Source of the DNA: an uncultured Pelagibacteraceae bacterium
GTDB lineage: Bacteria; Pseudomonadota; Alphaproteobacteria; Pelagibacterales; Pelagibacteraceae
Direction of reading: 5' to 3'
Length of the DNA stretch: 64,000 nt
NCBI GenBank assembly: GCA_902633595.1
Contig: CACPGV010000001.1
Span: 6,977-70,976, forward strand
The notes beneath the pieces were generated by a model that was not told where the DNA came from, searched no databases, and saw nothing but the letters and a program-made list of their open reading frames with translations. This document shows positions 43,499 to 52,805 of this stretch, piece by piece; the stretch's first letter is position 1, and each line of letters starts with the position of its first letter. The position numbers were made by a program, and so were the translations under genes.

Positions 43499-44628
43499 TG
43501 AAAAAAAAATTAGCAATCATTGGAGCTGGAATCGCAGGTCTTACTCTTGCAAATTTCTTAAAAAAATTTACTGATCACGAATTTATGGTTTATGAAAGAG
43601 AAGAAAGTTTATCTCTTGAAGAAGGTTATGGAATCCAATTGGCTACAAACAGTATTAAAATTTTAAATGAGATAGACTTTAAAAAAATTAATAATGATAA
43701 ATTATTTAATCCAAAAATATTAGATTTTTATAATATTCAAAATGAAAAAATATGTGATTTAGATTTATCTAAATTCAATAACGAGGAAACAAAATATACT
43801 ACTTTACAAAGATCAACTTTAATAGAATTTTTAAAAGAAAATATTTATACTCAACATTTAAGATTTGGAAAAAAAATAAAAGAAGTTTCAGAATTAAAAG
43901 ATAAAATTTTAATAAAGTTTGATGATAATACTAATGACCTTGTAGATTTTGTTTTTGCTGCAGATGGGATATTTTCTAATACAAGATCATTTTTTGAAAA
44001 GAAAAAAAATGAGCCTAAATTTAAGAAGGCAATAGCGGCAAGAGTTATTTTAAAATCAAAATCTGAACTTGATATAAGTGATGAAAATATAAGTTTAATG
44101 CTAGGGAGTAATAGCCATATTGTACTTTACCCTATTAATAAAAAAAAAGAATTAAATTTAGTTTGCATTATGAGATGTAAAAAATTTGATCCTGACAATA
44201 CAAAACAATTAATTACAAATTTAGTTTTAAAACAAAACCCTAGATTAAAAGATATTTTTGATAATGAGATAAAATCTTGGCCACTTTATTTCACTCCAAA
44301 AATTCTTTCCTCATCAAATAAAAAAGTTTTCTATATTGGTGATGCTTTTAATGGATTTTTACCTACTTTAGCGCAAGGTGCTGGGCAGTCGATAGAGAGT
44401 GCCTATGAAATCTTTAATTTATTGAAGGAAAATAAATTAGATATGGATACTTATTTTAAATTAAGATCTAAAAGAGCTAAAATTGTCAGAAAAAGATCAA
44501 ACTTAAATTTCTTTACATTTCATCTCTCAAATTCACTGATACAAAATATAAGAAATATAATTTTAAAATTTTTAGTAAAACGTAAAAAATTTATTGAAGG
44601 ATATTTGGGTAAAGTTTACGAAAATTAA
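43498..44628 (+). CDS. FAD-dependent monooxygenase (salicylate hydroxylase/UbiH-like group A)
   Basis: IIGAGIAGL, ADGIFS..R, GDA.....P..AQGA. Confidence 0.88.
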   Translation: MKKKLAIIGAGIAGLTLANFLKKFTDHEFMVYEREESLSLEEGYGIQLATNSIKILNEIDFKKINNDKLFNPKILDFYNIQNEKICDLDLSKFNNEETKYTTLQRSTLIEFLKENIYTQHLRFGKKIKEVSELKDKILIKFDDNTNDLVDFVFAADGIFSNTRSFFEKKKNEPKFKKAIAARVILKSKSELDISDENISLMLGSNSHIVLYPINKKKELNLVCIMRCKKFDPDNTKQLITNLVLKQNPRLKDIFDNEIKSWPLYFTPKILSSSNKKVFYIGDAFNGFLPTLAQGAGQSIESAYEIFNLLKENKLDMDTYFKLRSKRAKIVRKRSNLNFFTFHLSNSLIQNIRNIILKFLVKRKKFIEGYLGKVYEN

Positions 44629-45698
44629 ACTTTTGTATCTAAAATAAACTTTTGTCTCAAACTATCAATAACTACTGTTGATCCATTTATATCACAATGC
44701 CAGTAAGTCCAACCATTATAACTTTCAGCACCCATAATTTTAGCTGCAACTTTATGAATAGATCCCTCTGACTGCTTATATTTAATGCTGCCATCAACCA
44801 TAATTTTTGCATTAATTTTCTTTTTTGAATCAAATAGTGTAGTCCCTGGTTTTAATATCCCAAGTTCCACTAATGAACCAAAAGGTATTCTTGGCTTAGA
44901 CTTATTGTTTTCTAGTGTATCTAAATAGTTATCCTCAATTTTTTTAGTGTTATCAATTCTTTCTTGGGCTGCTTTAAAATATTTAATATCTTTTTCAATT
45001 CCATAAAAATTTCTACCTAATTTTTTTGCTACAACAGCTGTTGTTCCAGTTCCTAAAAATGGATCAAACACATTGTCACCTTTGTTAGTCGTGGCCAAGA
45101 TAATACGATGCAAAAGAGCTTCTGGTTTTTGTGTTGAATGAATTTTTTTTCCGTTCTTTTTTAATCTTTCTTTTCCATTACAAATTGGCAAAGTCCAATC
45201 AGACCTCATCTGCAAATCATCATTTAAACATTTTAGTGATTGATAATTAAAAGTATATTTTGATTTTTTTGTCTTTGAAGCCCAAATCAAAGTTTCATGT
45301 GCATTAGTAAATCTTGTCCCTCTAAAATTTGGCATTGGATTATTTTTTTTCCATATGACGTCATTAAGAAGCCAATAATTTAAATTTTGCAAATGATAGC
45401 CTAATCGAAAAATATTATGATAAGAACCTATAACCCAAATACTTCCATTATCTTTTAATATTCTTTTACATTCTTTTAGCCACAATTTACAAAATTCATC
45501 GTATTCTTTAAAACTATTAAATTGATCCCATTTGTCATTAACTCCATAAACTTTACTAGCATCTGGTCTAGTTAGAGTTTCACCTATTTGCATATTGTAC
45601 GGTGGATCTGCGAAAACTAAATCAAAAGATTTATCTGGAATTTTTTTTATTTCCTTCAAGGAATTTCCATTTACAATCTTATTGATTATTTGTGACAT
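44625..45698 (-). CDS. ccrM: Cell-cycle-regulated DNA adenine methyltransferase CcrM (beta class)
   Basis: FADPPYN, GSYHNIFR, NPMPNFRGTRFTNAHETLIW, HSTQKPE, DPF.GTGTT, C-terminal GSIH...NGW.YWH; next to rnhB. Confidence 0.93.
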   Translation of the reverse strand: MSQIINKIVNGNSLKEIKKIPDKSFDLVFADPPYNMQIGETLTRPDASKVYGVNDKWDQFNSFKEYDEFCKLWLKECKRILKDNGSIWVIGSYHNIFRLGYHLQNLNYWLLNDVIWKKNNPMPNFRGTRFTNAHETLIWASKTKKSKYTFNYQSLKCLNDDLQMRSDWTLPICNGKERLKKNGKKIHSTQKPEALLHRIILATTNKGDNVFDPFLGTGTTAVVAKKLGRNFYGIEKDIKYFKAAQERIDNTKKIEDNYLDTLENNKSKPRIPFGSLVELGILKPGTTLFDSKKKINAKIMVDGSIKYKQSEGSIHKVAAKIMGAESYNGWTYWHCDINGSTVVIDSLRQKFILDTKV

Positions 45699-45703
45699 TT
45701 AAA

Positions 45704-45724
45704 GATTCAACCTTAAATTGAATC
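45704..45724. promoter_or_regulatory. Inverted repeat carrying two GAWTC sites upstream of ccrM
   Basis: GATTCAA-CCTTAAA-TTGAATC, 5 nt from the ccrM start. Confidence 0.65.
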
Positions 45725-45743
45725 CACGGTCAAACCATTTTAG

Positions 45744-45778
45744 AAAAAAAAAAGAGACTTTTAGTGCTAGGGAGTCTT
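45744..45778 (-). terminator. Possible weak terminator after rnhB
   Basis: Minus strand AGACT-N13-AGTCT followed by a U10 tract. Confidence 0.35.
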
Positions 45779-46337
45779 AACTCGACAACATCTTGTGTAT
45801 GGGTTTAAAACCTTTTCTGTGATGTGAAGTTATTCCAAATTTTTTTAAAGCATTCATATGAGCCTTGGTGCCGTAGCCAAAATTTCTTTCCCAAGCATAT
45901 TTATTAAATTCTTCAGATAATTTTATCATCAATTGATCTCTAAAAACTTTAGCTATAATTGAAGCAGCGCTTATTGATTTAATTTTTTCATCTCCGTTAA
46001 TTATAGTTTTATAATTTTTCAATCCCTTTGGTGCAAAATTTCCATCAATTAGGATTAATTCTGGTTTAATGACTAATTTATCTATGGCTCTTTTCATTGA
46101 GAGTAGGGCTGCTTGTAAGATGTTAAAATTTAATATTTCTTTAACTGAAGATATTCCCACTGCATAAGTTGAATTAAGTCTAATATGCTTAGCTATTTCA
46201 ATTCTTTTCTTAAAAGTGATTTTTTTTGAATCTTTTAACAGCTTAAGATTAATCGAGTCATTTAAAATTACCGCCGCTGAAACTACGGGTCCCGCTAAAC
46301 ACCCTCTGCCAACTTCATCAACACCTGCGGTTATCAT
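45777..46337 (-). CDS. rnhB: Ribonuclease HII
   Basis: GVDEVGRG.LAGPV, DSKK, DGN, SAASIIAKV.RD, GYGT. Confidence 0.97.
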   Translation of the reverse strand: MITAGVDEVGRGCLAGPVVSAAVILNDSINLKLLKDSKKITFKKRIEIAKHIRLNSTYAVGISSVKEILNFNILQAALLSMKRAIDKLVIKPELILIDGNFAPKGLKNYKTIINGDEKIKSISAASIIAKVFRDQLMIKLSEEFNKYAWERNFGYGTKAHMNALKKFGITSHHRKGFKPIHKMLSS

Positions 46338-46345
46338 TAATTTAT

Positions 46346-47047
46346 TTATATTTTTAGTTTAACTTTTTTATCTCTTATCATTTTTAAATCTATCCAAGCC
46401 ATTTTTTTTTGAGCTGGTTGCCTCATCAAAAAAGCGGGATGAAAGGTTATAATTACAGAAGTCTTACAGCTCCCAAATTCTTTATCAATCCATTTTCCTC
46501 TAGCTTTAGATATTACAATATCATTACCTATTAAAGCGTTCATTGCGGTACTACCTAATAAAACTAAAATTTTAGGATTAATTATTTCAATGTGTTTTTT
46601 GATAAATGGCATATATCGATTTACCTCCTCGTCAGTAGGTCTTCTATTTTCTGGAGGTCGGTAATTTATAATATTTGATATATAAACATTTTTTCTATCT
46701 AAATTAATTGAGGCTAACATTTTATCAAGTAAAGCCCCTGCACGACCAACAAAAGGAAGACCTTCTTGGTCTTCATTATAACCTGGGGCTTCTCCCACAA
46801 GCATAATCTTTGATTTTGCATTGCCATCGCTGAATACTATATTTGTTGCGCTACTTTTTAGACTACAATTTTTGATAGTAACGATTGATTTTTTAAGTCT
46901 TTCTAAATTTTCTGCTTTATCAGCAGAAATTTCAAAATTATCCTTTTTATACCTATTGATTGCCTTGTTATTGTAAATTAAATTGTGATTAATAAGTTTG
47001 TAATATTTAATTAATTTTATAGAGGAAAAATTGGTTTTTTTTATCAT
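46346..47047 (-). CDS. Uracil-DNA glycosylase family 4
   Basis: GEAPG..ED..G.PFVGRAG, RPP.NR.P, HPA. Confidence 0.93.
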   Translation of the reverse strand: MIKKTNFSSIKLIKYYKLINHNLIYNNKAINRYKKDNFEISADKAENLERLKKSIVTIKNCSLKSSATNIVFSDGNAKSKIMLVGEAPGYNEDQEGLPFVGRAGALLDKMLASINLDRKNVYISNIINYRPPENRRPTDEEVNRYMPFIKKHIEIINPKILVLLGSTAMNALIGNDIVISKARGKWIDKEFGSCKTSVIITFHPAFLMRQPAQKKMAWIDLKMIRDKKVKLKI

Positions 47048-47055
47048 CAGTTATT

Positions 47056-48750
47056 ATGAAGATATCTAAGTTTAATTTAAAGACTATAGGACAGATTTTG
47101 TTTGTCATTATTTTTTTGTCCACAACTCCCGCTAAATCTTTGGATAAGTTTAATAAGGCTGATCGTGTATCTGACTATTTTTCAGGCATTTTATTATTGA
47201 ATGATAATCAATACGAAAAATCTTTTGAATTTTTAAAAAAATTAAACGGACTTGAAAATAGTCATAAAAATTTTTCAGTAAAATACTTGTATTCGTTAGT
47301 AAATTCCGGAAATATTAGAGAAGCCTTCAATTATTCTAGAAAACTAGAGAAAAAAAAATTAGACACTTTTGAAAGTCATTTAATAACAGGAATTTTTCAC
47401 CTAAAAAACTCAAATACTGATTTAGCTCAAAAGTATTTTCTTAAAGCTAAAAATGAGAGATCAAGATTTATTTTAAATAATTATGTATCAAATTCTCTTC
47501 ATAATTGGTCAAATTTAAATAATTTAAATTTAAATCAAGCAACATCAGAATTAAATAAAATAGATGAAAGATTTCAAAATTTAAAAAGCATACAAAATGT
47601 TTTTTTAAATTGTTTTTTTAAAAGCCCAAATACAGAAAATTTATTTATAAAATTAACATCAGATGAAAAAATTGATTTTTCTAGATACAAGTATTTTTAT
47701 GCCTCTTTCGTTGCTAATTCTGGCAAAATAGATGAAGCGAAAAAAATTGTTAAATCTGCAACAAAACTATATCCCAGAAACTTATTGCTCAATCAGTATA
47801 AGCTTGACCTAGATAAAAATAAAAATATTTCCGTATTCGATTGTAAAAAAGAGGCACATGTTATTTCAGAGATTCTATATATCACTGCCAACGCTTTATC
47901 TTCCCAGTCAATTTACCCTTTATCGAATTTTTATCTTAATTTAGCAAAATTTTTAAACGATGACTTTCACTCTTATGACACTTTACTTGCAGAAAACTTT
48001 TACAAAATTGATAATTATACAAAATCAAAAAAAATTTATAATAATTTAAGTAAAAGAGGTAAAGCATTTTCATGGTATTCTGCAAAACAGCTTGCTAAAA
48101 TTTTTTTAGAAGAAGAAAAAAAAGATAAAGCGCTGAAACTTGTCAGTGATACCTATAATAGTTTAGATATAAAAGATATTTACGAGACTTTCGATTACGC
48201 AGAGTTTTTAAAAAATAACGAAGAGTTTAAAGACTCAATTATATTTTATAGTAAAATTATTGATGAAGTCGAAATAGACAATCCATTATATGCAGAGGCG
48301 ACAGACGGGCGAGGAATATCTTATGAGCGAATAGGAGAGTGGGATAAAGCTGAAAAAGATTTACTAGCTTCATTGGAAGCCAATCCTGATCAAGCTTACG
48401 TAATAAACTATTTAGCTTACTCGTGGATAGAACAAGGTGTGAAAATTGAAAAATCTTTGAAGATGTTAGAAAAAGCAAATAAATTAAGATCTAATGATCC
48501 TTATATAATAGACTCCTTAGGTTGGGCTTTGTTTAAACTTGAAAAATATAAAGAGTCCAAAAATTTCCTTCAGCAAGCAGTCAGATTGATGCCTGGAGAT
48601 CCTATAGTTAATGATCACTATGGAGATGTGCTTTGGAAGAATGGTAATCAAATTCAGGCAAGATATTATTGGAATTATGTTTTAAATCTTGAAAAAGCAG
48701 AAGATGAACTTAAGCAAACTATTGAACAAAAATTAATTAAAGGTTTATAA
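47056..48750 (+). CDS. Exported tetratricopeptide-repeat protein
   Basis: Signal peptide; TPRs with NYLAYSW, DSLGW, DHYGD..W; upstream of ispE. Confidence 0.88.
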   Translation: MKISKFNLKTIGQILFVIIFLSTTPAKSLDKFNKADRVSDYFSGILLLNDNQYEKSFEFLKKLNGLENSHKNFSVKYLYSLVNSGNIREAFNYSRKLEKKKLDTFESHLITGIFHLKNSNTDLAQKYFLKAKNERSRFILNNYVSNSLHNWSNLNNLNLNQATSELNKIDERFQNLKSIQNVFLNCFFKSPNTENLFIKLTSDEKIDFSRYKYFYASFVANSGKIDEAKKIVKSATKLYPRNLLLNQYKLDLDKNKNISVFDCKKEAHVISEILYITANALSSQSIYPLSNFYLNLAKFLNDDFHSYDTLLAENFYKIDNYTKSKKIYNNLSKRGKAFSWYSAKQLAKIFLEEEKKDKALKLVSDTYNSLDIKDIYETFDYAEFLKNNEEFKDSIIFYSKIIDEVEIDNPLYAEATDGRGISYERIGEWDKAEKDLLASLEANPDQAYVINYLAYSWIEQGVKIEKSLKMLEKANKLRSNDPYIIDSLGWALFKLEKYKESKNFLQQAVRLMPGDPIVNDHYGDVLWKNGNQIQARYYWNYVLNLEKAEDELKQTIEQKLIKGL

Positions 48751-48753
48751 AGT

Positions 48754-49587
48754 ATGGTTTTAAGTTCTTACGCTAAAATTAATTTATCTTTAAGAATTAA
48801 CTCTAAGCGCAAGGACGGCCTTCATGAAATTCAATCTTATTTCTGCTTAATAAATTTATCAGATAAAATTAATTTAAAAAAAATTAAAGCAAAAAAAGAT
48901 AAAATTTTTTTTAAAGGCACTTTTTCAAAATTGGTAAATAAAAACAACAATTCAATAATTAATCTTTTTAAACTTCTTAGAAAACTTAAAATAATTTCAA
49001 ATTATTATTCTGTTAGTATTAATAAAAATATTCCTGTTTTTGGAGGTTTAGGAGGGGGAACTGGAAATGCAGCATCTATCTTAAAAGTTCTCTTGAAAGG
49101 TAAAATATCGAAAAGCTTATTAAATAAGGCAGAAAGTATAATTGGAACAGATTTAAGACTTTTTTTTTGCAAACAAGGTTTTTTGAGCAATCTAAAAAAT
49201 ATTACTTATTTCCGAAAAAAAAAATTATTTTTCATACTTGTTAAACCAAATATAAGATGCTCGACAAAAGAGATTTATTCAAATGTTCGAAAGTATTCTA
49301 AAAAGCAACTTTTATCTCAAAACAAAATTAATACTAAAAATAAATTCATTAATGTTATCTCTCAAGAAAATAACGATTTACAATCAATTGTTGAAAAAAA
49401 ATATCCCATTATAAAAAAATTATTAATAGCTATTAGAGATGAAAAGGGGTGTTGTTTTTCAAGAATGACTGGATCTGGGTCAGTTTGTTACGGCTTATTC
49501 AAGGATCAAATAACAGCAAAAAAAGCCTTAAATAAATTAAAAATCAAGTTCCCAAGTTTTTGGTTTTCATTTGCGAAAACTGTTTAA
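48754..49587 (+). CDS. ispE: CDP-ME kinase
   Basis: AKINLSL, K.IP..GGLGGG, NDLQ, MTGSGS. Confidence 0.93.
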   Translation: MVLSSYAKINLSLRINSKRKDGLHEIQSYFCLINLSDKINLKKIKAKKDKIFFKGTFSKLVNKNNNSIINLFKLLRKLKIISNYYSVSINKNIPVFGGLGGGTGNAASILKVLLKGKISKSLLNKAESIIGTDLRLFFCKQGFLSNLKNITYFRKKKLFFILVKPNIRCSTKEIYSNVRKYSKKQLLSQNKINTKNKFINVISQENNDLQSIVEKKYPIIKKLLIAIRDEKGCCFSRMTGSGSVCYGLFKDQITAKKALNKLKIKFPSFWFSFAKTV

Positions 49588-49623
49588 TTTTTGTGATTTA
49601 TGATATATCAGATTTCTTAACAT

Positions 49624-49697
49624 TGGGGCATAGCCAAGCGGTAAGGCAGCGGTTTTTGATACCGCCATCCTAGGTTCGAATCCTAGTGCCCCAGCCA
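49624..49697 (+). tRNA. tRNA-Gln(UUG)
   Basis: Acceptor TGGGGCA/TGCCCCA, anticodon arm GCGGT-TTTTGAT-ACCGC, GTTCGAA T-loop, encoded CCA. Confidence 0.97.
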
Positions 49698-49704
49698 CAG
49701 ATAT

Positions 49705-50967
49705 ATGCTTAATATAAGTTTCAACTTCATAAATAAAATTAAAAGAAACTTATTTCCATTCTATAAAGATAAAGAGTTAAAATTTGTTTTTAACAAAATT
49801 CAAGAGGGTTCTTCAGCTGATACAGTAACCGCTCGATTTGTGGGTGGTTGTGTTAGGAAATATTTATCTAATGATAAAATTGACGATATTGATATCGCAA
49901 CAACATTAAGTGCGAAGGAGATAAAAGAAAAATTTAAAAATACAAAATTTAATGTAGTTGAAACTGGAATAAAACATGGAACGGTTACTCTTATTACCGA
50001 TAAATTTAATCTCGAAATAACTACACTAAGAAAAGATGTCGAAACTGACGGCAGGCATGCTGAGGTTGAGTATATTGATGATTGGCAATTAGACTCAGAA
50101 AGAAGAGATTTTACTATTAATGCAATTTATCTTGATATTAATGGAAAAATATTTGATCCACAAATGGGAACAGTTGATTTAAAAAATAAAAATGTAAAGT
50201 TTATCGGTGATCCTCAAAAAAGAATAGAGGAAGATTATTTGCGTATCATAAGATTTTTAAGATTTAAAATAATGTATGACAGCAAAGTCGAAATATCTAC
50301 AATTAATGCAATCAAACAAAATTTAGACGGTATAAAAAAAATTTCAAAAGAGAGAATTTTAATTGAGTTATATAAGATATTGGATTTAAAAAATTTCATA
50401 AATTTAAATGAGAGCACTCATTTAAAGGAAATTTTTTCTTTAATATTTCCAGAATTTGAAAATCTTAAACGCTTAGAACGGTTATTAAAAATTTGTGATT
50501 ATACTCAAGTAAATAAAGAGCTTTTATTGGCAGTACTTCTTATAGATGAAAAAAACAATCATGAATATTTTACACATAAATATAATGTCTCAAATAATAT
50601 TAAAGAGAATTTACATATGTTTGCAAATAATTTAACACTAATAAGAGAAAATAAAGATTTTTTTAAAAAAGAACTAGAAAAATACATATATCTTAATGAC
50701 AAAAATCATTTAATTAATTTGAATATTTTAAATTTTGTTATAAATGAAAAATTAAAGTTTAAAGATTTTTCAGAGACCTTAAAAAAAATACTTCAATCAA
50801 AAAAACATAAACTTCCGGTTGATGGAAAATATTTGATGGATAATGGAATGAAACAAGGTAGCCAAATGGGTAAAGTATTAAAAAAAATAGAGGAAGAATG
50901 GATTAAAAATGATTTTAAAATTTCAGAAGATCAAATGAAAGAAATAATTCGACTACACTCTTATTAG
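49705..50967 (+). CDS. cca: CCA tRNA nucleotidyltransferase (class II)
   Basis: VGGCVR, DIDIAT, EITTLR.D..TDGRHA, RRDFTINA, EDYLRI.R..RF. Confidence 0.92.
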   Translation: MLNISFNFINKIKRNLFPFYKDKELKFVFNKIQEGSSADTVTARFVGGCVRKYLSNDKIDDIDIATTLSAKEIKEKFKNTKFNVVETGIKHGTVTLITDKFNLEITTLRKDVETDGRHAEVEYIDDWQLDSERRDFTINAIYLDINGKIFDPQMGTVDLKNKNVKFIGDPQKRIEEDYLRIIRFLRFKIMYDSKVEISTINAIKQNLDGIKKISKERILIELYKILDLKNFINLNESTHLKEIFSLIFPEFENLKRLERLLKICDYTQVNKELLLAVLLIDEKNNHEYFTHKYNVSNNIKENLHMFANNLTLIRENKDFFKKELEKYIYLNDKNHLINLNILNFVINEKLKFKDFSETLKKILQSKKHKLPVDGKYLMDNGMKQGSQMGKVLKKIEEEWIKNDFKISEDQMKEIIRLHSY

Positions 50968-51440
50968 ATATATTCAACGTCCAATATTTCAAAGTTTTTT
51001 TCACCAGATGGAGTATTTACGGTCACCATTTCACTTTTGTCTTTACCAATTAAAGCTTTTCCAATTGGACTTTTAAAAAAAATTAAATTTTTTTTAATAT
51101 CAGCTTCATCTTGGCCAACTAATTTATAACTAATCTCTTTATCTGTTTCTAAATCTTTTAATTTTGTTGTTGAACCAAAGATTACTTTTCCGTTATTTTC
51201 AATTTTGGTTACATCAATTACATTTGCACGAGCTATTAAATTGTTAATAGCAAGAACGCGTCCTTCAATTAAACCTTGCTGTTCTTTTGCTGCGTGATAC
51301 TCAGCATTTTCTTTAAGATCTCCGTGAGATCTTGCTTCAGCAATAGCCTCAACAACTTTTGGTCTTTGAACATTTTTCAAATCCTCTAACTCTAACTTTA
51401 ATTTTTTAAGACCGTCTACTGTTATAGGTTCTTTATCCAT
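50964..51440 (-). CDS. greA: Transcription elongation factor GreA
   Basis: AR.HGDLKENAEYHAAKE, SPIGKAL; start MDKEP. Confidence 0.97.
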   Translation of the reverse strand: MDKEPITVDGLKKLKLELEDLKNVQRPKVVEAIAEARSHGDLKENAEYHAAKEQQGLIEGRVLAINNLIARANVIDVTKIENNGKVIFGSTTKLKDLETDKEISYKLVGQDEADIKKNLIFFKSPIGKALIGKDKSEMVTVNTPSGEKNFEILDVEYI

Positions 51441-51442
51441 AA

Positions 51443-52267
51443 TTATCGCCATCTAGCTTCTGGCGGTAAAGACATCAAAATGGAGTCGATATTGCCACCA
51501 GAATTTAAACCAAATTTAGTTCCTCTGTCATACAAAAGATTAAACTCTACATATCTTCCACGTTTAAACAATTGTTTTTCTTTATCTTTTTTTGAATATT
51601 TTAAATTCTTTTTTCTATTAATTACTTTATTTGAAATATCAATAAACGATAAACCGAGTTCTCTTATAAATTTGAAGTTTTTAATCCAATCTTTCATTTC
51701 ATAATCAAAAAAAATTCCACCAATACCTCTAGCCTCCTTTCTATGGGGCAAGTAAAAATATTCATCACACCATTTTTTGTATTTTTTATAATTCATTTTA
51801 TTTTGCAAACAAATTTTTTTTAGTTCGTTATGAATAATTTTGCTCTCTTTAAAATCTAAATGACTAGGTGTTGCATCCATACCCCCACCAAACCATTCTT
51901 TAGAGGTCACGATAAATCTTGTATTAAAATGAATTGCGGGTATTTTTGGATTTTTCATGTGAGCAACTATAGAAATTCCTGATGCCCAATATTTGCCGTC
52001 TCTTTCAGCTCCTAAAATTTTAGATCTAAATTGTTTAGGAAAGGTACCAGATACAGTTGATTTATTTACTCCCACTTTATCAAAAATTTTACCCTTCATT
52101 AAAAGACAAGACGTTCCTCCGCCTTCTTTAATATTTTTTTTATACCAATCTCTTTTAGAAAATTTCAATTTATTACCCTCTAAATTTTCAAATGATTTAC
52201 AAATTTGCGCTTGTAAATACGAAAACCAACTATCCGCCATCTTTTTTCTAAATTCTGAATTGATCAT
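51443..52267 (-). CDS. hemF: Oxygen-dependent coproporphyrinogen III oxidase
   Basis: H.NTR, WFGGG.D.TP, RG.GGIFFD, RGRYVEFNLLYDRGT.FGL. Confidence 0.97.
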   Translation of the reverse strand: MINSEFRKKMADSWFSYLQAQICKSFENLEGNKLKFSKRDWYKKNIKEGGGTSCLLMKGKIFDKVGVNKSTVSGTFPKQFRSKILGAERDGKYWASGISIVAHMKNPKIPAIHFNTRFIVTSKEWFGGGMDATPSHLDFKESKIIHNELKKICLQNKMNYKKYKKWCDEYFYLPHRKEARGIGGIFFDYEMKDWIKNFKFIRELGLSFIDISNKVINRKKNLKYSKKDKEKQLFKRGRYVEFNLLYDRGTKFGLNSGGNIDSILMSLPPEARWR

Positions 52268-52716
52268 TATTTCAATAAATTATTTTGCCTTAAAGCCTCA
52301 GCAGAGATTATCGCTACGCTCATAGCAACATTTAGAGATCTAGTATTTTTATTCATTGGTATTTTTATTTTATCTTTTATAGTTTTATGCAAATTATTTG
52401 GAACACCTGCACTTTCTCTACCAAATAATAATATATCATCTTTTTTAAATTTAAACTTATGATAATGTTTTTTTGCTTTAGTTGTCATAAGAATTATTCT
52501 TTTTTTTTTGTTTTTATTTATAAAATCGTCATAATCTTGGTATCTAAATATTTTACTGAGTCCAATATAGTCCATCACTACCCTTTTAAATCTTGAATCG
52601 TGTAAGTTAAAACCACAAGGTTCGATAATGTGAATCTTTAGACTTAGGCAGGCTCCCAACCTAATTATAGCTGCAGTATTTTGAGGAATATCGGGCTTAT
52701 AAAGAGCTATGTGCAT
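52267..52716 (-). CDS. trmL: tRNA (cytidine34-2'-O)-methyltransferase
   Basis: PDIPQNT..I.R, FGRESAG, IPM...RSLNVA. Confidence 0.94.
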   Translation of the reverse strand: MHIALYKPDIPQNTAAIIRLGACLSLKIHIIEPCGFNLHDSRFKRVVMDYIGLSKIFRYQDYDDFINKNKKKRIILMTTKAKKHYHKFKFKKDDILLFGRESAGVPNNLHKTIKDKIKIPMNKNTRSLNVAMSVAIISAEALRQNNLLK

Positions 52717-52805
52717 TAATATTCCTTAATTTATGTGTCATTCTGACCCTAGAAAATAGAATTATTTAGTCTTATTTGATAATTACATTATAAGCACTTA
52801 CATAA

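Noticed and set aside
44625-45698. Restriction-modification system
   Set aside because: No endonuclease nearby; sequence and rnhB linkage indicate orphan CcrM
49624-49720. tRNA-Gln as an integration site
   Set aside because: No integrase, no duplicated tRNA 3' end, and core genes on both sides
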